Shown here: piece by piece, positions 51,101-63,246 of the stretch | How the letters are laid out: each line of letters opens with the position of its first letter | Position numbering within the stretch: position 1 is the first letter of the stretch | Assembly (NCBI RefSeq): GCF_036588685.1 | Contig: NC_086379.1 | Coordinates: 31,124,001 to 31,188,000, forward strand | Reading direction: 5' to 3' | Origin: Mytilus trossulus | Lineage: Eukaryota | Length of the DNA stretch: 64,000 nt | Position numbers and translations under genes: made by a program | The notes under the pieces: model-generated | Told to the model about the DNA's origin: nothing | The model's database searches: none | Seen by the model: the letters and a program-made list of their open reading frames with translations, nothing else

Positions 51101-54100
51101 AATAGATCCATAGCTACGATTCCTTATTAAAATTCACTTTTCATGTCATTTAAAAAAAAATCTTTAAATATCGCACTCCTATAAAGCAAACTATACCAAA
51201 TATAATGCCAACGTATTACATAACACAGTGTCCAACATGAAACTCTCCTAACATGCTATTCTTTCTTATGCTTTCAATACATTAAACTAATTACAAATGC
51301 GCAATTATGCAAATGGCTAATAATCATTCAGCTTTAACTTCATGACTTCCTGATTAGGAAGATAAAAGTTTATTTTCATCTTGCTTATTTCTGTCAATCA
51401 GGTCATATGGTCAAATAAGCCCACTACTGGCATCTGCATTCATAACCAAGGTGAATATCTTCCTGGACTTGCAATGGAATCAATAAATCTTATATATATC
51501 ATGAATATTATCTTAATGGAAATCAGCACCTTTTATGATCAAGTAATTTTACATTTCAATAACTCATGATGAGATGTAAATAACATTTGAATTTTCACAT
51601 TTTTGTAAGACCAGTTTAAAAAGGAGGGACAATTATATACCATAAAAGAATAGGGACAAATATATACCATCATAGAATAGAGTGTTTAGAAACAACAAAC
51701 TGACAAAAGAGCAGAAAAAAAACAGCTCAAATTTTAGAAAGAACAATAAGTGACACCAGCATGGACAAAAGAAAACAAGAGTCCAGAAAAGATTTCAGAG
51801 AATCATTGCAAAAAATGCTGATAAGCTTGGGTGCACCTGAATTGTCAGCAGCTAATAAAGAGTCATAGGGAGGAAAAACAATTTGTACCATAGGTCAAAC
51901 ATGTTATATAACACAGAATTATGATTTCAATTTATGACTGAATCATATTGAAGCTAAAGATTAACAGTGATTTTGACTACAAGTGGCCCATGACTGTTTA
52001 AGGCAAACATTGAATTATGGAGTTCAAAGGTTAACTTGATATTCACTGATTCATTCACAGCAACTAATGGAACACTGATCTATGTTTTTCTATATGGACT
52101 ATGGACTATTAAACCAACAATGGACTTATAAAATTACCTGAACAATTGTTCTGTTTCATAATCAAATTTTATTCTGTAGTTTAGTTTAGTAATTTATTCC
52201 TTTATGATTTTAAAGGGAACCGACAATGTTTGGATGTGGCTGCACAAAAAGCATCCAATTCAACTTTTTATTCAGAAGTTTTAAAAATAAAAGTTTACTA
52301 CTCAGAATTAAAGCAGATATCAGTAGACCATATATTACATTTATAGACAAATATCTCTCATAAGAATAGGTTCACTAATTTTGGTCCAATTTTTTTTATA
52401 AATCATAACAATTTTTAGCATATTTACATTAGTGACACAAGGTCTGATACAGAAAATTATTGTACCTAGGGATTCAATATTTGTTCAAATCTTGGTACCT
52501 TTTGGTTACATAACATTTTAGATAGTTATACAAGGTTATAATGGCAAAGGTGTTAGGTTTGAAAAAAATACAAACACATTGTATTATAACAACTTCTTTA
52601 AAATGTGCTGACATTGGAACCTAAAATCTTCCCTTATGAATAGATTTTCTTTCCCGCACATTGAACCTTTTAAAAAAATACATTCTAGAACCTTTTGTTA
52701 TGTCATGATAAAGTAGAAGCTGACAAGGCCATATTTTGCCAAAAACTGAACCTTGTTCTTTTTGTATATTAAAATGGTAGAATGCTTTATTTATTGGCCA
52801 GTCTAAATCCTCGAGCTTCAGAATATTATACCTTTAAACTTAACCTTGTTATAAATACAGGATTAGAATATGTATCTCATATTCTGTTGCTGTCACAGGA
52901 CATACAAAAAAAAAAGAAAAAAAGTCACAAGCCAAAAACAAGTCACAACTGTCAATTCCAGATGCTTACCGTTTCTCTAACACTTGTTTCAATGAAGATT
53001 TTATCCACAATTATCACTCAAAAATATGAATTAATATAATTATTGGTTTATTTTGAATTGTCCTAAAAACATTAACTATCCTTTGTATTTTCCACACAAA
53101 TCATGATCCCTGGACACCCTGGACACATGATATTTGTAATAATTTTGTTATTACAACCCTAAATATAAAATCAATCAATTTTATCACTCAGTCATCCTTC
53201 CTCTACTCTGACAGAATTGATGATGAATCAATAATACTATTTCAAACCCAATACACAAATATAAACACAATATTCACAGTAAATGGCAACATCTATCTAT
53301 CTGCATAAAAGGTCAAAATATTAATCCTGTCTGGTATTCCATTCCAGCCAGCAAATGTCCGGTAAACAGGTCAAAATTAATTACCATTTACAATTTCTTT
53401 TCTTGGAACAAATTAATTGAAGAATCAAACATCATAATTGGACATACATCTATTTAGAAATATGCTTATTTGGCTTTTGTAGAAAAAAAATTACCAGCCC
53501 ATATATGAAAATTTGACACAAAAATTAGCAGGTTTAATAACACAATTATACATGTATAAAAAAAAAAAAAATGAAAAAAATGAAAAAATGAAAAAAATCT
53601 TGACAATATTCACACCTTTGATATTTCATAATAATTACATTAGATGTATGTTTCATTATAATACTTTATTTAGATTGGCTAACTGCACATCACATGTTAT
53701 TCCGTAAGAAATTGCATCACTCAATAAAACTTTTCATTCATGATAACACTGTGGTCACAGGTGAATAAAATACAAAACTTGTAAAATTCGTGTTTTTATG
53801 ATCATAGCTAAAAAATGTAATTATAAGTATTGAATGCTTCTTTTTGTAACTTTATAGGGTTGTAAAAGGTAAAAGCGTTGACCATGCGCACATTTTTAGT
53901 ATGAAGCGCTTCCGCGAATGGAGGTCAGTTTATTCAGGACATTTATTACACCAATGATGTCATGAGGATTCTCACAATGAATGGAATACAAAAACATATG
54001 TCCTATGCAACTGAATATCAACTTGCATAAATTTATTGATTATTGACAGTTTCAATTAAATAATTGTTTTTTCAATAATGGCACATAGTGTGTAGACAAA

Positions 54101-57100
54101 ATCTGAGACAAGGTTAAGAAAATAACCATCTTTTAATGACACAATTTTTTCCTATAAATTTCTTTATTTGTCACTACATGTAGTGATTATTGCTTCAACC
54201 TGCCTATCAGTTCTAGTGAAAGGTCATTCCACGCTATTTTCAAGTCTGAGTGTACTGGTAACAATTACACGATATCTCCATTTTCAGGATTACATAAATC
54301 CATCAGAACTATTTGTAAAATAATAGACTGACATCAACAACTATAAATACAACAATAACCATTGTCATAAGGATGTTAACTTCTGTAGACAGATTCCAAT
54401 AGGTTTTTTTGGTAATAAACTTGGCTCATTAGTTGTTACTTCTGTACTATAAGCGAGAGGAAAACAGAGAAAAGTATTGCAATACCTATCCACACAAGTT
54501 GTTTCTTAAGCAAATTCTTCAGATATTCTCAAGAAAAAAATTGGCCAGCCAAAAATGTTTTCAGACATTTAAACCACATCTGTCGAAATAGAAGTCAAAA
54601 TCAAAAATGTTTTATAAATGTTTTCAGCCATTAAAACCAAATTCAAAATAGAAGTCAAAATCAACTAATGTCAACTCTGCCATGTGTATTTGCAAATGGA
54701 GTTTTAGTTTGATTACATAATCTTATTAACTGGAAGCAGTAATTGTCTCTAGAGTATCCAAAGTACCTACAGCTGAATCAACTTCGGAGTACTTTCATTA
54801 TAAGTACATTGCACTGCAAGAAAGTTCTACAATAATGAGACTATCATGACAAAACTATTCTAATGAAAGTGATAAAAATATGATAACAGTCACAATGTTT
54901 GTTTAATTAAGATCTCTCGTATGTCAATGTATGTTACAATGGTGGCAATGAACTTCAAATAGACTGATTAGATGAAAAGAAAACAATTTGTTATGATTCA
55001 AATTAATTACCAAAAGATGAAACCATCTATTTATTTTGTTACCCTATTCTCTTTTCTTTGGTGGAGCATCCAAATGAATTTTCAAGTCTTTGTTTTCACC
55101 ATTTAGAACTAAATTTTTCTTCTATCAATGATATTGATATATTGTCTAGAATATGATGTCAAATTATCCCAAAAATATAATTAAACGGATGAGAAATATT
55201 AGAAAGACAATAGTGAGCTTATATTAGACCGTTGGTTTTTCCCGTTTGAAAGGTTTTACACTAGTAATTTTGGGGCCCTTTATAGCTTGTTGTTCGGTGT
55301 GAGCCAAGGCTCCGTGTTGAAGGCCGTACTTTAACCTATAATGGTTTAATTTTTAAATTGTTATTTGGATGGAGAATTGTCTCATTGGCACTCACACCAC
55401 ATCTTCCTATATCTATTATAACTGATATTATATAATTTTTTTATAGATAGAGTAACTTAAAACACTTAAAACAGTCTCTGAAGTCACTCTTGACATTTGA
55501 TGATCTTGGATACAATTTGTATTATAAACAATATGATAACGTTCAAAAAAAGTCTAATTTTCTTCTAAAAATAAAGAATGAATTTGATAGAGCTGTCCTT
55601 ATATTACCAGGAACATGGAACGTTTCTTTGTCTTCCTTGAGTTTAGCTCATGGAAACTACCAATGACCTGAGATAACATTTTTATTCTCAGTTTCATCTG
55701 ACATTTGTTTTTGCAGGAAAGCAAATAGGAGATATGGGGAAGGATGGAGACAATATAAACTTTAACCTTTTTTTCCTGGAGAACATAAATTATTGTGAAT
55801 TCTGCTTTACCAGGAAGAGATATCAAATTCCCCGCCAAAGTTCATGTCCACATTTTGACATTTAGAAACAGATAACTAACCTGGCGATTCTGTAGTAATT
55901 CTCCCAATGGATGACAAACTTACATTGGAATTGTAGTATATTTCTCCTACATCCTTAATTAAAACAATTTTTATATCTCACTGACATTCCCAAGTGTCTG
56001 AGAAAAAAATCCATAATTTTCTATATTATCATGATAAACTGACAAACACAATATTACTGTCTTTTTAAATTCTGATATTCCATAGAAAACACTTTACTTT
56101 TTGCATTTTTCTCTTTGAATCTGTCTGGTTGCCATGCCAAAACAAAGATTCCTAAACACTTATTCATATCACCTCAATGAATTGAACATATGTCTGTGAA
56201 AGTTACGACTTAAAACCTATGTCAATTTCTGCAACACACATTTACAGGAAAACACATACGACCTTGCATTTGCACCATGTTAATGCTCTACTAATTAAAT
56301 GAATCATTAATAATTTTCTATAAATAGCATCCAGGTCATTGAAGAGAAATAATCTTCCAGTCAGATCAATACAAACAGCAACACTGCTGAGTACCTCAAA
56401 AAGAAAGAATTTAATCTTGAAAATCTATTGCAAAACAGCTTAGTAACAGATTCTAATTTCAATTTGAACAGTTCATTTAAATTTTACCTGAAGCTCATGT
56501 GGTCATAATTTTTGTTCCAATTTTAGAAGACAACATCTTTATTTTACAGATTTAAAATAATAATTTTGAGGACAAACATCTACTCTAGTGGATATTATCT
56601 AACCGCCCATCACACCACATTTCTGTATTTTTTATGTAGGGAAAATTAAACACTTTTAAATCAATATTTTTTTTATTGTGGCTATCAAGGATTGGCCAAT
56701 ATGTTGTTTCTCCTATATGTAGCCTAAAATAACAAAAATTACAAGTACATCAGGGTGTAAACCAAACTTTACTACATCCTCTCTCCACCTCTTCCTTTTC
56801 CTATTACTTATTTTAAAAATATTTCTACTATTATCTGAATATAAAAAAAATCTTGGGACAAAATTTGGATTTTAACAGTTACATGTACTAAAAATTTCAT
56901 GTTGTTTGTCTGCTTTTTTAATTCTCCCAGGAATTCTTCCATTTACAACAGCATTTAATGTAATTACTGAGCCTGCAAACTTTCTTTAACTCTACATTAT
57001 AACCTTAATACATTATGGTAGAAAAAGAAAAGAATTAACAAGAAACCAGAGTTAGAAGACAGACAAAACCACTACCATACACACAAACAACAGTCAACAA

Positions 57101-60100
57101 GCAACTGTACAAACAAATTTAAAGAATAATCACATGCACCACACCAAAATCTTTGCATGATCATGTTAGCAGATTCCTCATGGAAAAGTTCAGAAAGTAG
57201 TAGTTCCTGGCAAAGTATCATACGGGGGACTCATACCATAGCAGATTGTCAACATACAAGTTATTACCAAATTCAAGATGAAAATAAAAAGATATGATTC
57301 TTACAAGCAGAACCCTATCTGTATAATATAAGGGCATACAACTCTGGCACAAGGACAAATTCTACTGCATTCTCACATCACGAGCAACAAACCCAAAATA
57401 AGTACATTATAAACCTAAAGCATGATTAAAATTGAACAATTAAAATGAAATTACATAAGTTTTCTGGACAGAAGATATCAAACAAGACTATATGTCTATT
57501 CTTTCCGAATGCATTCATCAAACTTTTTGTTCTAATATCCATTTGTTTGTACTCAAAACAACAGGTTAAAAAGTCTAGAAGAAAGATAAATTGTTTGTTT
57601 CCGCTGCATATCAAAGACAGAAATATCATAATGTTTATCAAGGAATTCGGAATTATCATCTCAAATTATTTTTATTATGAAAGCTTTCATGCTACTGAAA
57701 CAGAAATACAAATTAATGGGGATCTAACGAAGACTTCTGTAACCAGATACACCATCATAAACCATTTGATGGCTGAAATGTCCATTTAACAGAGGATGTT
57801 ATGTCCATTTATCAGTATATATGTTTTAGCATGTGTTTTGGATGACCTTCTGAACTCCTATGATCTAGGCTACTATAATGAAGACAAGTGGCAGTAAATC
57901 TTTTATCCTGCATCCAATTGCCCAGCCAAAAAAAACACAACCTAAAACAGATCACAATTTGGATTGGAGGGGTAAAATGCATAGTTTACATGGCTGCCAT
58001 AATGCTTTGAACAATTGCAAAAGATAGTCTCTCTGTTAAAGTGTTTTATATTTGCTTTTCAATACTTAAAGATGTCAATTTCAGAATTTGCATCTTTTTT
58101 ACTGGGATTTTCCACCAGTTATATATAAAGGTTATATAGTGGGCACAAAGTGGACAAATTTCTTTGTAAAAATACGTAAGCTTTTCCAATCAATATCTTT
58201 ACAAAATCTAAATTTTTACATTTGAGTAGGTTGTCCTGAGTAGGTGGAAATGACAATGTGTCCACCAGTAGTCTGTGTACAGTGAAATCTAAGAGTAGGT
58301 AACCCTAAATCTTAATATGGGCAGGTAGAAAATACCTTTTCCACCGGTGTAGCGTATGTACAGTCAAATCTTAAGGATTTATCTACCTTTAGTGTATTTA
58401 CAGTGAAATCTGAAGGATATAGCTGGTTTTACACAAGTGCTTCATGTTCAAAGGTCAAAAGAATCTTCCTTGTTTGTTTGGATACAAAAGTACTCTTTTT
58501 AAGTGGAAACTTTCCCTTTATAGTCTATACTATTAAACGAGAAGACCTCATTTGGTGTGTCACTTCTCTTACCTCCACAATAAATAAATCATCATGCCTC
58601 TGTGTTCTATAGGTACCACACATAGAGGCATTTGTCATCTATTATTATGATTATTCAGTTTGGGTTATTTTGGGTGAAAAACAACAATTCCGATGTCCGG
58701 ATATTGTTTCCCTCATCAGACAAACTTTTAAGTGATACAAGACTTCCAGTTTTAAACTTGCAGATACTTTTCATAATTGTACTCAGGAACAGGACAATAA
58801 TTTTCATGTTGATAGAGACTCTCTTTATAATTTGGCAGTGATCGCCTTGGAGAAGAAATTGATAGTAAATAGCAAAGACACTTTAAATGCCTGCGAATTT
58901 GTGGGTGTGTTTTAGTATAATATATAATATTAGTATATTTTGTGAATAGTGGCTCATATTAGCCCTTTACATTTCCATATTCCAAAATGTATCACAGTTT
59001 TGTGACAATTAGTCAAAATTGAATCTCTTTATGCATATCTATTTCTAAAGAACATAAAACTTCCTTGATGCACTTGCATCCAATCAATTTCATAGATGCA
59101 CCTTGCTGAACTGATTTTCTACAAAAACATTCCAAAATAACATGACTGATTGCATTAAATACACGTGCAAAAGACCTTCCCTTGATAATGAGAAAATTCC
59201 ACATTTTCCTCCAAGCTAGAATTGTTCATTTAAATATCAATTACTAATTAGTGAAATAAAGTACTCAAATTAAAACATTACCTAAAGTGTGTTGCTTGTT
59301 TAACTATTCCTCCAAAATAAATCGAATCACAAAAAAATCTCTTTCTTGGCACAAAAATTGTACAAATTCCAATTCTAAGTACAAGATTAAAATCTCACTC
59401 ACTTTCAGAGGCAGCTTATTTCGTTCAAAGAATGATAAATTTTCGAAAATTTTAAAGATTACTAATAAAATTTCCCTGTGTGTATATTGTCACATAGATA
59501 TAAGTATCCTTGTTCATTTGTTGTATTAAAAAGGATATGACAGAATTATGAGTAGGCTGTAGCAGGAAAGAGACACTAAATAACACAGGAGAGAGAGTGT
59601 GTATTTATAAAACAAAAATGTCACAGTCAATTCTCAGTTAGATTCTTTCATTCAAATATTTTAGTGTTCTAAGAACTGAATACAGACTTTCTTTTCTTTA
59701 AAAACTAACAATTACCCTAAGAGGTATAGTACTATCAATTGACGATATTAAGTTTTTAGATAAACTAGAAGAGACTTCTAATTGCCACTTTATTGCCTTA
59801 TAAATAAATCCTTTCTACAGTAATTGACATGATCTTTAGAACAATTATAGTTAGGATTATATTGACATCACTTCCATGTTAATCTTACTGTGGTACAATG
59901 TCATGTAGGTGTAGTAAGACACTGGTGTTACTCATTGTATCTCCATCTTTGACAAAATCATCTCAGCCAGACTATATTGGGGGAGGAAGTCAAAATACAT
60001 AGAAAGAACCACTAACTTTGACAAAATCATCTCAGCCAGACTATATTGGGGGAGGAAGTCAAAATACATAGAAAGAACCACTAACTTTGACAAAATCATC

Positions 60101-63100
60101 TCAGCCAGACTATATTGGGGGAGGAAGTCGAAATACATAGAAAGAACCACTAACTTTGACAAAATCATCTCAGCCAGACTATATTGGGGGAGGAAGTCGA
60201 AATACATAGAAAGAACCACTAACTTTGACAAAATCATCTCAGCCAGACTATATTGGGGGAGGGAGACGAAACACATAGATTAAGAACAACTAACTTCGAC
60301 AAGAAAACTGGCAATTATTGGATCAGCTTCAAAAAGTTGTTTAAATCTTTAATATTGTCAACCTCTTATTTCTTGAAAATGAGTAGTGTGAACTTTATTG
60401 TCTAAACTGAATTTTGAAAGTACATTCTACTTTCTAAAAAGATTATTATAAATGTAAGGTAAAAAACCTCGACTTTTACAAATTTTAAGTGTATATCAAC
60501 ATTAAACACTGAATTCAGTTAAAATAAAAAACAATCAAAGAGTCATTCAATTACAGTGACATTTTCCTGCTTGACGTTAAACCTGTATTAGCAATACATT
60601 AACAATTTAATCGAGGATTGACCTAATAATCATATCTACTTGATGAAACAACTCTTTTTTTTAATCCTTAATCGTGTCACCAAGTCAACCACAATTAAAT
60701 ATTTAACATTGTTTTGTCAATCCTGAGGACTATTTTCAAACTAAGAGTGCACACACTAACTAAATCGTCACTGATGCTTAATTAAATATTGACAATTCCA
60801 GTCTTTGCGCTCAACCAAAAGCCCACCTACCCACCAGCACAGGCTTGTAAAATTGCTGTCAGAGCTGTTAAAATCATATCTAACAAGCCAATATATAGTA
60901 CAACTAATATTTTTGTAAAATTCAGCTTAGCACTGTAGATTTTCAAGTTGCTCATGGAGACTTTAGTGATCATTGAACCATGAAACTAGGTCGTGAACTT
61001 ATACATATTACAGACAACTTATAAACCATGAAGGTGGACTTTTTAGTCTGATTAAAGATGGATCTTTCCCATTTACATTAGACTAAAGATCTTTTATACA
61101 AGTGTAAACAGGGTCTCAGTTGCAGGATAGCCAGGTTGACTGGTTGCAGTGACTTTTTACGAAGAATTAGGTTACTCTGTCACTGAATGACCTGACGCAC
61201 ATATATAAACCATATATATTAATACAATGTAGTATGCAGCAAAAATCAGTGATAATAGCATGCAATTATCATGATTATAAATGCCTCTGTCAATGAACAC
61301 TGAACAGAATGCAAAATTAATTAATGCAATTTCGGGAATTATCACTGTAACAGTTAATGTCTCCAGAATTTAAATGTCAACAATAATTATTTTGAAGATT
61401 ACATCACCAGTTTTTTTGCTGAGGATTCATTTTTTTTCATGGATAGAGTACAACTTGCATTTTCATGGATATTTAATTTCATAGTTTTGGCACAGTCTGC
61501 ATTAACGACTTAAGAAAAATTGTAAATCATTGAATCTTTGAATTTGTGGTCCTTCTGTACCTACGAAATCCACAAAAATTGGTCTCCAACAATATTAATG
61601 AATCCACAGCAATAAAAATATGGAAATGATTTCCAATCATTAGTACCCAGAACTTACAACAATCATCTCTGAAGGTTCCAGCAGCAGACATTCACTGTTT
61701 CTTCTTGTACATCCTGGGGTTCTTTTACCAAAACTGAAAATATAAAAAAAATAAATAATTTGATGTCTTCAAAATTAAACAAATGAGTGCTTAATATCCA
61801 TGATCTCAATATTGTGACCAACAGTCATGACAATCCATAACAGAAAAAAACTCATTATTGAAAAACATACAAATGTATATAATTTTTTAAAACTTTTTGA
61901 TAATCTTAGCAATCGATATAATGTGAGCTATAGAACTATAATACACTAATTAAGTCCTGCAACACTAAGGATTTGATATGAGTAAACTTAATTCATTCAA
62001 AGTTATACGGATAAAATAAAAGCGATTTTAGATGAATTTTTTATTGTTTGAATTCTTGGCTTAATCTAAAATTGATATGCTTCAAATTAGGTGTACATTT
62101 TATATCACTGTTGCACATTAAGATTTTCTACAATAACACTGAAATTAGAGGATAGACACTTTATCAAATAATGCAATTGTTATGGATATTGCAGCATTGC
62201 TCTTTCAAGAGTCAGAGAATACAATAAATGCAGACGTTTCATAATTCTAGGTTTAGTAAAAAATAACTTCATAACAGATACAATTCATACTTGCTTTTGA
62301 AGTTTTTATGTTTTCTGAGTGTTTTCACAACCTTCACAAGAGGAAAATGACTAGTATGATACTTAGAACTCAAATTGAAGTTTCCGGCAATTATTATGCA
62401 ACATGAGCAAAGTGTTAATTACTTCATGATCATTTTTATCAATATCATTACCATTTCAAATTTTCAATGTGATAATATGAAAAAGAGGGATGCTTGATTG
62501 TCTATTTTTAAATTGAATGCATGTCAAGTCAATTTGTATAGTCAGGATTTACTATGACACAGCCGTGACTTCAAGAGTTGTTGAGGAAATATAGTGAGCA
62601 GCTATAAATCTAGCCAATGAAAACCACAGTTTCACTATACTGTTCGGACATACCAGAAGATGCATAGTGCCTTATGGACTTGGAAAATCCTTTCAAGAAA
62701 TAACTTATGTCACAAAATTTTGAGAAAATGTCTGATGACTCAATAGGTTTTCTCAGTCTTAATATTGAGTATTCCAAGAAATTTTAATTAATTTAGAATA
62801 AAACGCCTTCATGATCAGTGAAAAATTTATTCGGTGCTTTCCTTCCAAATCTTTAAATAGAAAGCCATTGAAGTAAATTATATAACATAACCTACTGATG
62901 TCAAATATCTTACATATTCAGAAGTATTTCAAAATACCAGCTCAATTACGAAAGATGGAAACATGCCAGATTAAATATTAAAACAACCAATGCTTATAAA
63001 CAAAATATGACGTGAATACCTTAAGTCTCTTGAGTCTAAATCCCTGATTTTCTCTGACAACTTTCTATATTGACGTAGAGACTGAGACATCCATAGATTC

Positions 63101-63246
63101 CTATCATTACAGATATCATTTGTCACATGATCTCTATATACAATCTCCCTACAATCACTCAAATCATTATCCCTCCACAAATTACTTCTGTTGTTGTTGT
63201 CATTAGCCGAATCAGTTAAAGTGCTTCCAGTTAGATAGACCAACAT
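21094..63246 (-). CDS. RAPGEF2: Rap guanine nucleotide exchange factor 2/6 (PDZ-GEF) orthologue, multi-exon; ~1382 aa if the putative exon 63246-63020 is used
   Basis: Exons (5' to 3'): [63246-63020], 61733-61658, 50419-50285, 49412-49197, 46580-46482, 45499-45309, 44513-44288, 43765-43601, 43111-43004, 42407-42204, 41795-41687, 41212-40960, 40469-40247, 39509-39445, 38922-38815, 34854-34620, 33893-33666, 32396-32313, 31694-31548, 31157-30926, 30080-29982, 28762-28532, 27555-27388, 25440-25345, 22969-22781, 21128-21094. All introns GT-AG, phases compatible, total 4149 nt. Domain order cNMP-like, REM, PDZ, RA, CDC25-GEF, C-terminal EQVSAV. Confidence 0.95.
22781..22969 (-). CDS. RAPGEF2: RAPGEF2 exon (..[21 protein letters not shown]..)
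   Basis: CAG/GTAGGT boundaries, phase 1-1, open frame, PY-like motif. Confidence 0.85.
25345..25440 (-). CDS. RAPGEF2: RAPGEF2 exon (..[12 protein letters not shown]..)
   Basis: CAG/GTGAGA boundaries, phase 1-1. Confidence 0.8.
27388..27555 (-). CDS. RAPGEF2: RAPGEF2 exon ([20 protein letters not shown]..)
   Basis: TAG/GTAGGT boundaries, phase 1-1; DSGxxS beta-TrCP-type degron as in RAPGEF2. Confidence 0.88.
28532..28762 (-). CDS. RAPGEF2: RAPGEF2 exon ([16 protein letters not shown]..)
   Basis: TAG/GTAAGA boundaries, phase 1-1; resembles the conserved SPQALKKILSLSE block. Confidence 0.88.
29436..29459 (-). CDS. RAPGEF2: Candidate 24-nt cassette micro-exon (VATAVERK)
   Basis: TATTGACAG|TAGCAACGGCAGTTGAGAGAAAGG|GTAAAA; phase 1-1, frame-preserving. 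Confidence 0.45.
29605..29859. mobile_element. Foldback/palindromic MITE (~255 bp)
   Basis: Arms are reverse-complementary along most of their length (ATTGAGTGTGTAGGT..AGGTAATATCTCTG / CAGAGATATTACCT..ACCTACACACTCAAT). Confidence 0.85.
29982..30080 (-). CDS. RAPGEF2: RAPGEF2 exon ([14 protein letters not shown])
   Basis: CAG/GTAAGT boundaries, phase 1-1. Confidence 0.88.
30265..30457 (-). mobile_element. Retrozyme/Penelope-like repeat fragment containing a hammerhead ribozyme
   Basis: Recognisable interspersed repeat surrounding an intact hammerhead core; boundaries approximate. Confidence 0.7.
30302..30345 (-). ncRNA. Minimal type I hammerhead ribozyme
   Basis: GCGUCA CUGAUGA GUCU-UAUGU-AGAC GAAA C-GCGC-G UC^ UGGCGU: complete core, 4-bp stem II, 6-bp stem I, palindromic ACGCGCGU stem III, GUC cleavage triplet. 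Confidence 0.85.
30926..31157 (-). CDS. RAPGEF2: RAPGEF2 exon (end of GEF domain, [19 protein letters not shown])
   Basis: Conserved motif; CAG/GTAAGG boundaries. Confidence 0.93.
31548..31694 (-). CDS. RAPGEF2: RAPGEF2 exon ([28 protein letters not shown])
   Basis: RasGEF signature; CAG/GTAAGT boundaries. Confidence 0.95.
32313..32396 (-). CDS. RAPGEF2: RAPGEF2 exon ([18 protein letters not shown])
   Basis: RasGEF motif; CAG/GTAAGT boundaries. Confidence 0.95.
32605..33475 (+). mobile_element. Intronic HINE/Helentron-like element with ~185-bp internal tandem repeats
   Basis: Repeated TTTACAAAATTTACTTCTGGATACTAT blocks, (GAC/GCC)n tract, 3' hairpin TTCGACTAAAGTCGAA, end AGGCTCGACAA. Confidence 0.75.
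33666..33893 (-). CDS. RAPGEF2: RAPGEF2 exon (GEF: [26 protein letters not shown])
   Basis: RasGEF motif; CAG/GTAAGT boundaries. Confidence 0.96.
34620..34854 (-). CDS. RAPGEF2: RAPGEF2 exon ([18 protein letters not shown])
   Basis: End of RA and start of GEF domain; alternative acceptor possible at 34878. Confidence 0.94.
38815..38922 (-). CDS. RAPGEF2: RAPGEF2 exon (RA domain: [20 protein letters not shown])
   Basis: CAG/GTAAGT boundaries, phase 2-2. Confidence 0.93.
39445..39509 (-). CDS. RAPGEF2: RAPGEF2 exon (RA domain: [21 protein letters not shown])
   Basis: TAG/GTAGTA boundaries, phase 0-2. Confidence 0.92.
39534..39882. repeat. 43-bp minisatellite, ~8 copies
   Basis: TACAGTATTCGACTGTGTATAGTATGCATTTGTGTATAATATG repeated. 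Confidence 0.97.
40247..40469 (-). CDS. RAPGEF2: RAPGEF2 exon ([28 protein letters not shown])
   Basis: Conserved SNPDL motif and start of RA domain. Confidence 0.94.
40960..41212 (-). CDS. RAPGEF2: RAPGEF2 exon (post-PDZ linker FKEMIEV..)
   Basis: CAG/GTAAGT boundaries, phase 1-2, fits neighbours. Confidence 0.88.
41687..41795 (-). CDS. RAPGEF2: RAPGEF2 exon (PDZ: [28 protein letters not shown])
   Basis: PDZ motif; TAG/GTATGT boundaries. Confidence 0.95.
42204..42407 (-). CDS. RAPGEF2: RAPGEF2 exon ([23 protein letters not shown])
   Basis: Highly conserved PDZ-GEF sequence. Confidence 0.96.
43004..43111 (-). CDS. RAPGEF2: RAPGEF2 exon (REM: [13 protein letters not shown])
   Basis: Matches the vertebrate motif. 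Confidence 0.96.
43601..43765 (-). CDS. RAPGEF2: RAPGEF2 exon (REM: [16 protein letters not shown])
   Basis: Conserved motif; CAG/GTAAAA boundaries. Confidence 0.95.
44288..44513 (-). CDS. RAPGEF2: RAPGEF2 exon (cNMP-like: [20 protein letters not shown])
   Basis: Conserved motif; phase 2-0. Confidence 0.95.
45309..45499 (-). CDS. RAPGEF2: RAPGEF2 exon (cNMP-like: [18 protein letters not shown])
   Basis: Conserved motif; phase 0-2. Confidence 0.96.
46482..46580 (-). CDS. RAPGEF2: RAPGEF2 exon ([20 protein letters not shown])
   Basis: Conserved motif; phase 0-0. Confidence 0.94.
48322..48592 (+). mobile_element. Interspersed repeat, AAGATGTGGTATGATTGCCAATGAGACAAC subfamily
   Basis: 5' part homologous to the 18357 and 48968 copies. 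Confidence 0.7.
48968..49147 (+). mobile_element. ~180-bp interspersed repeat (TAGATATAGGAAGATGTGG family)
   Basis: Near-identical reverse complement of 55226-55415. Confidence 0.88.
49197..49412 (-). CDS. RAPGEF2: RAPGEF2 exon ([28 protein letters not shown])
   Basis: Conserved invertebrate PDZ-GEF motif; phase 0-0. Confidence 0.93.
50285..50419 (-). CDS. RAPGEF2: RAPGEF2 exon ([10 protein letters not shown]..)
   Basis: Continues EPSEMIV|IDY; CAG/GTTGGT boundaries, phase 0-0. Confidence 0.82.
55226..55415 (-). mobile_element. ~190-bp interspersed repeat (TAGATATAGGAAGATGTGG family)
   Basis: Matches 48968-49147 and 1525-1623. Confidence 0.88.
58524..58915 (+). mobile_element. Putative non-autonomous Helitron
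   Basis: 5' TCTATACTATTAAA; 3' imperfect hairpin GCCTGCGAATTTGTGGGT followed by TTAG|T (degenerate CTAG). Confidence 0.45.
59948..60300. repeat. 69-bp minisatellite, ~5 copies
   Basis: TTTGACAAAATCATCTCAGCCAGACTATATTGGGGGAGGAAGTC.. recurs every 69 bp. Confidence 0.97.
61658..61733 (-). CDS. RAPGEF2: RAPGEF2 exon ([25 protein letters not shown])
   Basis: Matches the RAPGEF2/6 N-terminal motif FGK..[11 protein letters not shown]; CAG/GTAAGT boundaries, phase 2-0. Confidence 0.9.
63020..63246 (-). CDS. RAPGEF2: Putative alternative first coding exon of RAPGEF2
   Basis: ATG-initiated 75-codon frame ending AAG|GTATTC in phase 2, in frame with exon 61733. No recognisable homology. Confidence 0.5.

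Noticed and set aside
55880-55930. Possible extra RAPGEF2 exon ending CCAG|GTTAGT
   Set aside because: The phase-0 frame required by the flanking exons hits a TAA within 13 codons, and no good acceptor was found.
59932-60276. 114-aa ORF with 23-aa repeats
   Set aside because: 69-bp intronic minisatellite with no splice or homology support.
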